From NCBI GenBank assembly GCA_963785725.1, contig CAWAWS010000016.1, forward strand, positions 384,001-448,000: a stretch of 64,000 nucleotides of DNA, written 5' to 3'. The position numbers and the translations under genes were made by a program. Under the pieces are notes generated by a model. It was not told where the DNA came from, did not search any database, and saw only the letters and a program-made list of their open reading frames with translations. Below are positions 59,947 to 64,000 of the stretch, piece by piece (within the stretch, counting starts at the first letter, position 1; each line of letters begins with the position of its first letter). The stretch is from an uncultured delta proteobacterium (lineage in GTDB: Bacteria; Myxococcota_A; Polyangia; Palsa-1104).

Positions 59947-60357
59947 CTACTTTTTGCCCTCGCGCGCCACTTCGGCGTGCTCGTCTACGTCTCGGTCTGC
60001 TTCCTCGTCCGCGTAGCCGCCAGCTTCCGGCTCGTACCCGCGCGGTGCTCCAAATGCATTGTCGTGCGCGCGTTCTGCATCGGCCTTGATCTGCGCGTCG
60101 ACATCCTTGATACGGTCGTACGTTTGCCGCAGCGCTTCCGGGACTTCGAGCTTCGATCCGTCGATCAACTCCGAGACCTGCTCACCGAGACGCGCCAACA
60201 GCTGCTGCTTCTCTCTCGCCAACAAAGCCAAATCCACGCGCAACTTGCCAGCCTGCGAGGAGCGAACGACGACCTCCCGCAGCGTGTCGAACGAATCCGA
60301 CGCCATCTTCCACATGGTGCCGAACTGCCGACGCAAATCATCGCGTCGCTCACTCAC
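59947..60357 (-). CDS. Hypothetical coiled-coil protein
   Basis: GKLRVDLALLAREKQQLLARLGEQV helical segment; ends 19 bp before the tRNA; start uncertain. Confidence 0.65.
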   Translation of the reverse strand: MSERRDDLRRQFGTMWKMASDSFDTLREVVVRSSQAGKLRVDLALLAREKQQLLARLGEQVSELIDGSKLEVPEALRQTYDRIKDVDAQIKADAERAHDNAFGAPRGYEPEAGGYADEEADRDVDEHAEVAREGKK

Positions 60358-60492
60358 GGGGCACGTGTCTAGCAACGTCTGCGCCGCCTGTCAACGCTTC
60401 CGTTTCATCTTTTCTCGACGTGCTTCCAAGCACGCTTCCAATCGACCCGCTCCTTGACACCTCATTCGGCAAACGCAGAAGATGTGCTCGCG

Positions 60493-62541
60493 ATGAAAAG
60501 GCCCCCGGGGCTAGCAGTTCGTGTGTCGAGCGTAATGGCTCTCGTTGCGCTCGCCGGCTGCCCCGCGCCGAAGCCGCCGCCGCTCGCGCCCGCGCCGCCG
60601 GCGATGACCTTCGCGGCCTCGCGCATTCGCAGCTTCTCCGACAGCTTCGCGGTCACCGCCATCGCCGACTCGCCGTCGACGATCTTCGTCGGCACGCCGC
60701 ACGGCCTGTTGCGCTGGGAAGGCGGCCACTACACCGTCTTGTCGCAGCGCGACGGCCTGCCCGCCGATCGCGTCTCCGCCGTCACCGTCGACAGCGCCGG
60801 CGCGGTGTGGCTGGCGACGGCCAAAGGCTTGTCGCGCGGGCTGCGCGGCGTGTGGACCAACTATCCGCTCGCGCCCGTCGGCGGTTTTCTGACCGGCCTC
60901 GTGCCCGGCGGCGACGGCAAGAGCATCTGGGCCGGCGGCCCCGAAGGCTTGGCGCGACTGCGGGGCTTTCGCTGGGAGCACTTCTTCGCCGACACCGGCG
61001 TGACCGCGCTCACCGCCGGCGCCAACAACAGCGTCTGGGTCGGCACGAGCGGCGCCGGCGTCCTGCGCATCAACAAAGCGGGCGACAAGATCGAGAAGTT
61101 CGGCGCCTTGCAAGGCTGCGAGACCGACGTCGTGCGCGGCCTGGTCGCCGTCGACAAGACGCTGCTCGTCATCGGCGAAGGCGCCGGCGGCCCGCGCGCG
61201 GCCTATTGGGACGGCACGCGCTTTCATTCGTACGAGCTGCATTCACCGTCGGTGCTGGAGTGGGCGGCGCGCGCAGGCCTGAAGACGCTGCTCGGCTATG
61301 GCGATCACGTCTTCGAGGTCAGCGTCGCGGCGCCGACGGCCAAAGCGACGGTGACCTTGACGCCGATCGCCGCGCAAGCCGCCGCCGCGCGCACAATCGC
61401 GCTCAAGCTCGACGCGCCGTCGACGCTGCTCGAGGATCCCGCCGACGCGCCCAAGCCGCCGCCGCCGAAGCCGAACGCGAGCGGCGTCGTGCCGCCCTTG
61501 CCGGTCGGTCCGCCGCTCGTGGCCGTCGAGTCGTCGGTGCGGCTGCCCGACGGCATCACCAGCGTCGCCGGCTCCGAGCGCGGCCTGCTCGTCGGCACCC
61601 GCTTCATCGGCGCCGAGCGCGTCGAGAACGACGTGCCGCGTGACTTTCGCGCCAACGATCTGGCCGCCGCCGCCGTGCGCCTCACCGTCGCCTGCGTCAA
61701 AGCCGGCGACGACTGCTACCTCGCGACCGGCGCCACGCGCGCCTGGCGCTTCGACGGTCAAGCCTTCGAGCCCGCCAACATCGATCCCGAGCCGGGCTCG
61801 CATGTCTTGGCCATCCTGCGCGACCCGCACGACGACGTGCTCGCCATCCATCGCGGCGCCGCCGATCGCCTCCTGCGCATCTCGCGCGTCGACGACGGCC
61901 GCTGGACGCCCGTCGGCATTCAAACGGTCTCCGTGCCCGAAGGCTTGCCCGACTTGAACTTCGCCACCTTCGCACCCGACGGCCATTTGTGGATCGGCCT
62001 GCGCTGGATCGACAAAGAGGGCGACGCGCGCGACGGCGGCGCCGCCGAGATCGCGCTCGACAGCGGCAAAGTCGTCGCCCACAAAGAGCTGCCCACCGAC
62101 GTCGTCTCGATGTTTTGGAAGTCGCGCAACGAAGCCTGGTTCGCCACGCGCTCCGGCGCCGCGCGCCTGCTCGACGGCAAAGTGCGCGTCTTTACCGAGA
62201 ACGACGGCATGGAGTCGGACATCACGCGCGACATCGGCCTCGGGCCCGACGGCAACGTCCTCGTCGCCACCGGCCGCGGCACCGGCCGCTTCGACGGCAC
62301 GCGCTGGACGTTCCCGCGCATGGGCGCCTTCTACCACCCCGCCAACGCGCTCGGCCACGACGACCGCGGCAATGTCTTCATCGGCACCGACAAGGGGCTA
62401 TTTTGCGTCGGCAAGTGCGCGCCCGATGCCATAGACGCGCGGCGCGGGCTGCTTACGGACAACGTGATCGACTTGATGGTCGATCGGCGCAATCGCGTGT
62501 GGGTGCTGACCGAAAAGGGCATCAACATCGTCGAGCCCTGA
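60493..62541 (+). CDS. Lipoprotein with two-component-regulator-type beta-propeller repeats
   Basis: Lipobox LAG|C; DGLPADRVSAVTVDSAGAVWLAT.KGL, FTENDGM and NVFIGTDKGL repeats; no kinase domain. Confidence 0.8.
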   Translation: MKRPPGLAVRVSSVMALVALAGCPAPKPPPLAPAPPAMTFAASRIRSFSDSFAVTAIADSPSTIFVGTPHGLLRWEGGHYTVLSQRDGLPADRVSAVTVDSAGAVWLATAKGLSRGLRGVWTNYPLAPVGGFLTGLVPGGDGKSIWAGGPEGLARLRGFRWEHFFADTGVTALTAGANNSVWVGTSGAGVLRINKAGDKIEKFGALQGCETDVVRGLVAVDKTLLVIGEGAGGPRAAYWDGTRFHSYELHSPSVLEWAARAGLKTLLGYGDHVFEVSVAAPTAKATVTLTPIAAQAAAARTIALKLDAPSTLLEDPADAPKPPPPKPNASGVVPPLPVGPPLVAVESSVRLPDGITSVAGSERGLLVGTRFIGAERVENDVPRDFRANDLAAAAVRLTVACVKAGDDCYLATGATRAWRFDGQAFEPANIDPEPGSHVLAILRDPHDDVLAIHRGAADRLLRISRVDDGRWTPVGIQTVSVPEGLPDLNFATFAPDGHLWIGLRWIDKEGDARDGGAAEIALDSGKVVAHKELPTDVVSMFWKSRNEAWFATRSGAARLLDGKVRVFTENDGMESDITRDIGLGPDGNVLVATGRGTGRFDGTRWTFPRMGAFYHPANALGHDDRGNVFIGTDKGLFCVGKCAPDAIDARRGLLTDNVIDLMVDRRNRVWVLTEKGINIVEP

Positions 62542-62605
62542 GTTTTCCTTCGTCGTCTTCTGGAGTCCGGATGGCATCTTCGCTTCTCGACCGCACATCA
62601 TTCGT

Positions 62606-63790
62606 ATGAGCGCGCGCGCCGACGACAACAACGACGACTACGGCGACAGCCTGCGCTTTGGGCTCTATCAGCCGACGCGGATCGTCTTCGGCGACGGCTG
62701 TGTCGACGAGCTCGGGCGCGAGTGTCAGCGGCTCGGCGCGCAGCGCGTGCTCGTCGTCACCGACCGCGTCTTGCGCGACAAGACCGAGGTCGTCGGCCGC
62801 GTCGAGCGCGCGCTCGGCAATCGGCTGGGCGCCTTATACGACGGCGTGACGCCCGACGGCGGCGTGCACCTCATCGACGACGGCGCCGCGGTCGGCCGCG
62901 AGCACGGCTGCGACGGCGTCGTCTCGGTCGGCGGCGGCAGCGTCATCGACAGCGCCAAAGGCATCGCCCTCGTCTTGGCTGGCGGCGGCTCGATTCGCGA
63001 TCACGAAAGCGCGCCGCGCCGGCAGACGCCGCACATCGCCATTCCGACGACGGCAGGCACCGGCAGCGAAGTGAGTCGGCAGCTCATCGTCCGCGATCAG
63101 ACGGCGCAGGAGCGGCTGCACATCGAGGACGATCGGCTCCTGCCCGACGTGGCGCTGCTCGATCCGTCGGTGACGCTGGCGATGCCGCCGCAGCTGACGG
63201 CGGCCACGGGCTTCGACGCGCTGACCCACGCCATCGAAGCGCTGACGAGCCGGCGCCGCAATCCGATCGCCGACGGCTTGGCGCTGCAGGCGCTGCGGCT
63301 CATCGCGCGCTGGCTGCCGGCGGCGTGTGAAGACGGGCAAGCGCGCGTCGCGCGCGGGCAGATGCTGCTCGGCGCGCACGCGGCCGGCTTGGCGGCGGCG
63401 GCCGCGGGCGTCGGATTGGCGCACGCGATGGCGCACGTCGTCAGCGCCCGTTACGGCGTGCATCACGGCACCGCCAACGCCGTCTGCCTGCCGCAGGTCA
63501 TTCGCTTCAACGCCGACCAGTTGGGCGCGCGCTATCGCCAAGTCGCCGACGCGCTCGGCGTGGACGCGAGCGGTCTCGGCGATGCGCTCGTCGGTGAGGC
63601 AGCGGCGCAAGCGGTGGCGCACCTGCTGGCGCGCGTGCAGCTGCCGGCGCGGCTGCGCGACGTCGGCGTGCCCGAAGCGGCGCTGCCGGCGCTGGCCGAA
63701 GCCACGCTCGCCGACGGCGCGCTCGCGACCAACGGCAAAAAGGTCGCGACCGCCGCCCTCGTCTTGGCAGTCTATCGCAACGCTTACTGA
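62606..63790 (+). CDS. Iron-containing alcohol dehydrogenase
   Basis: GGGSVIDSAK, IPTTAGTGSE, DALTHAIE, HAMAH and HG.ANA motifs. Confidence 0.92.
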   Translation: MSARADDNNDDYGDSLRFGLYQPTRIVFGDGCVDELGRECQRLGAQRVLVVTDRVLRDKTEVVGRVERALGNRLGALYDGVTPDGGVHLIDDGAAVGREHGCDGVVSVGGGSVIDSAKGIALVLAGGGSIRDHESAPRRQTPHIAIPTTAGTGSEVSRQLIVRDQTAQERLHIEDDRLLPDVALLDPSVTLAMPPQLTAATGFDALTHAIEALTSRRRNPIADGLALQALRLIARWLPAACEDGQARVARGQMLLGAHAAGLAAAAAGVGLAHAMAHVVSARYGVHHGTANAVCLPQVIRFNADQLGARYRQVADALGVDASGLGDALVGEAAAQAVAHLLARVQLPARLRDVGVPEAALPALAEATLADGALATNGKKVATAALVLAVYRNAY

Positions 63791-63806
63791 GGCTAGGAGC
63801 TGGAAC

Positions 63807-64000
63807 ATGGATGTGGTGACGCTGGATGCGCGAGCGGCGGAGAATGGGCTCGGGATGATGCTGCAGGGCCTGTTGGCGGAGAATCTGGCGGTCAACCGCG
63901 GCAAGCGGCGCGCTTTTTCGGCCATGTCGTCGACGTTCGGCGTAGTCGCGCCCGACGCCGACGTGACGGTGACGCTGGCCTTCGGCGGCGGCCACTGTAC
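63807..64000 (+). CDS. Partial CDS, possibly SCP2-like lipid-binding domain
   Basis: AGGAG RBS; MDVVTLDARAAENGLGMMLQGLLAENL...VAPDADVTVTLAFGGG; open to the window end. Confidence 0.55.
   Translation, partial: MDVVTLDARAAENGLGMMLQGLLAENLAVNRGKRRAFSAMSSTFGVVAPDADVTVTLAFGGGHC

Overview
A GC-rich bacterial chromosomal segment whose gene families point to Myxococcota, probably Polyangia/Haliangium-like (inferred from the MYXO-CTERM peptidase, Hanks kinases, CpXC protein and Cys-rich lipoprotein). It holds about 50 CDSs and one tRNA-Ala(GGC); I found no CRISPR array, integrase or transposase. Recognisable content: a Ddl-like ligase and a GT51 transglycosylase, an ECF sigma/anti-sigma/DUF4097 operon, a membrane spermidine-synthase-like fusion, a sulfatase-NUDIX-AmrA run, adenosine deaminase/HU/Kal-Kce, beta-oxidation genes, gltBD, three Ser/Thr kinases, an S53/S8 peptidase, gloA, a GT-C glycosyltransferase, a WYL protein and an Fe-ADH. 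Best leads: (1) a four-gene trans-envelope module of MMPL/RND + DUF1302-like barrel + PhnD-like binding protein + TatT-like TPR lipoprotein; (2) a sigma-less partner-switching module of two receiver-like/RsbW-like kinases plus a STAS-Zn-ribbon protein; (3) a Ddl paralogue with substituted catalytic residues; (4) gltBD flanked by a kinase/amino-acid-binding fusion and an FHA protein; (5) many apparently leaderless promoters, an unannotated 55-aa membrane protein and a sigma54 promoter. Four genes carry single frameshifts (thiolase, gltB, two kinases) that look like sequencing errors, so the Kal-Kce fusion needs read-level confirmation. All family calls come from motif recognition by eye; no database search was run.
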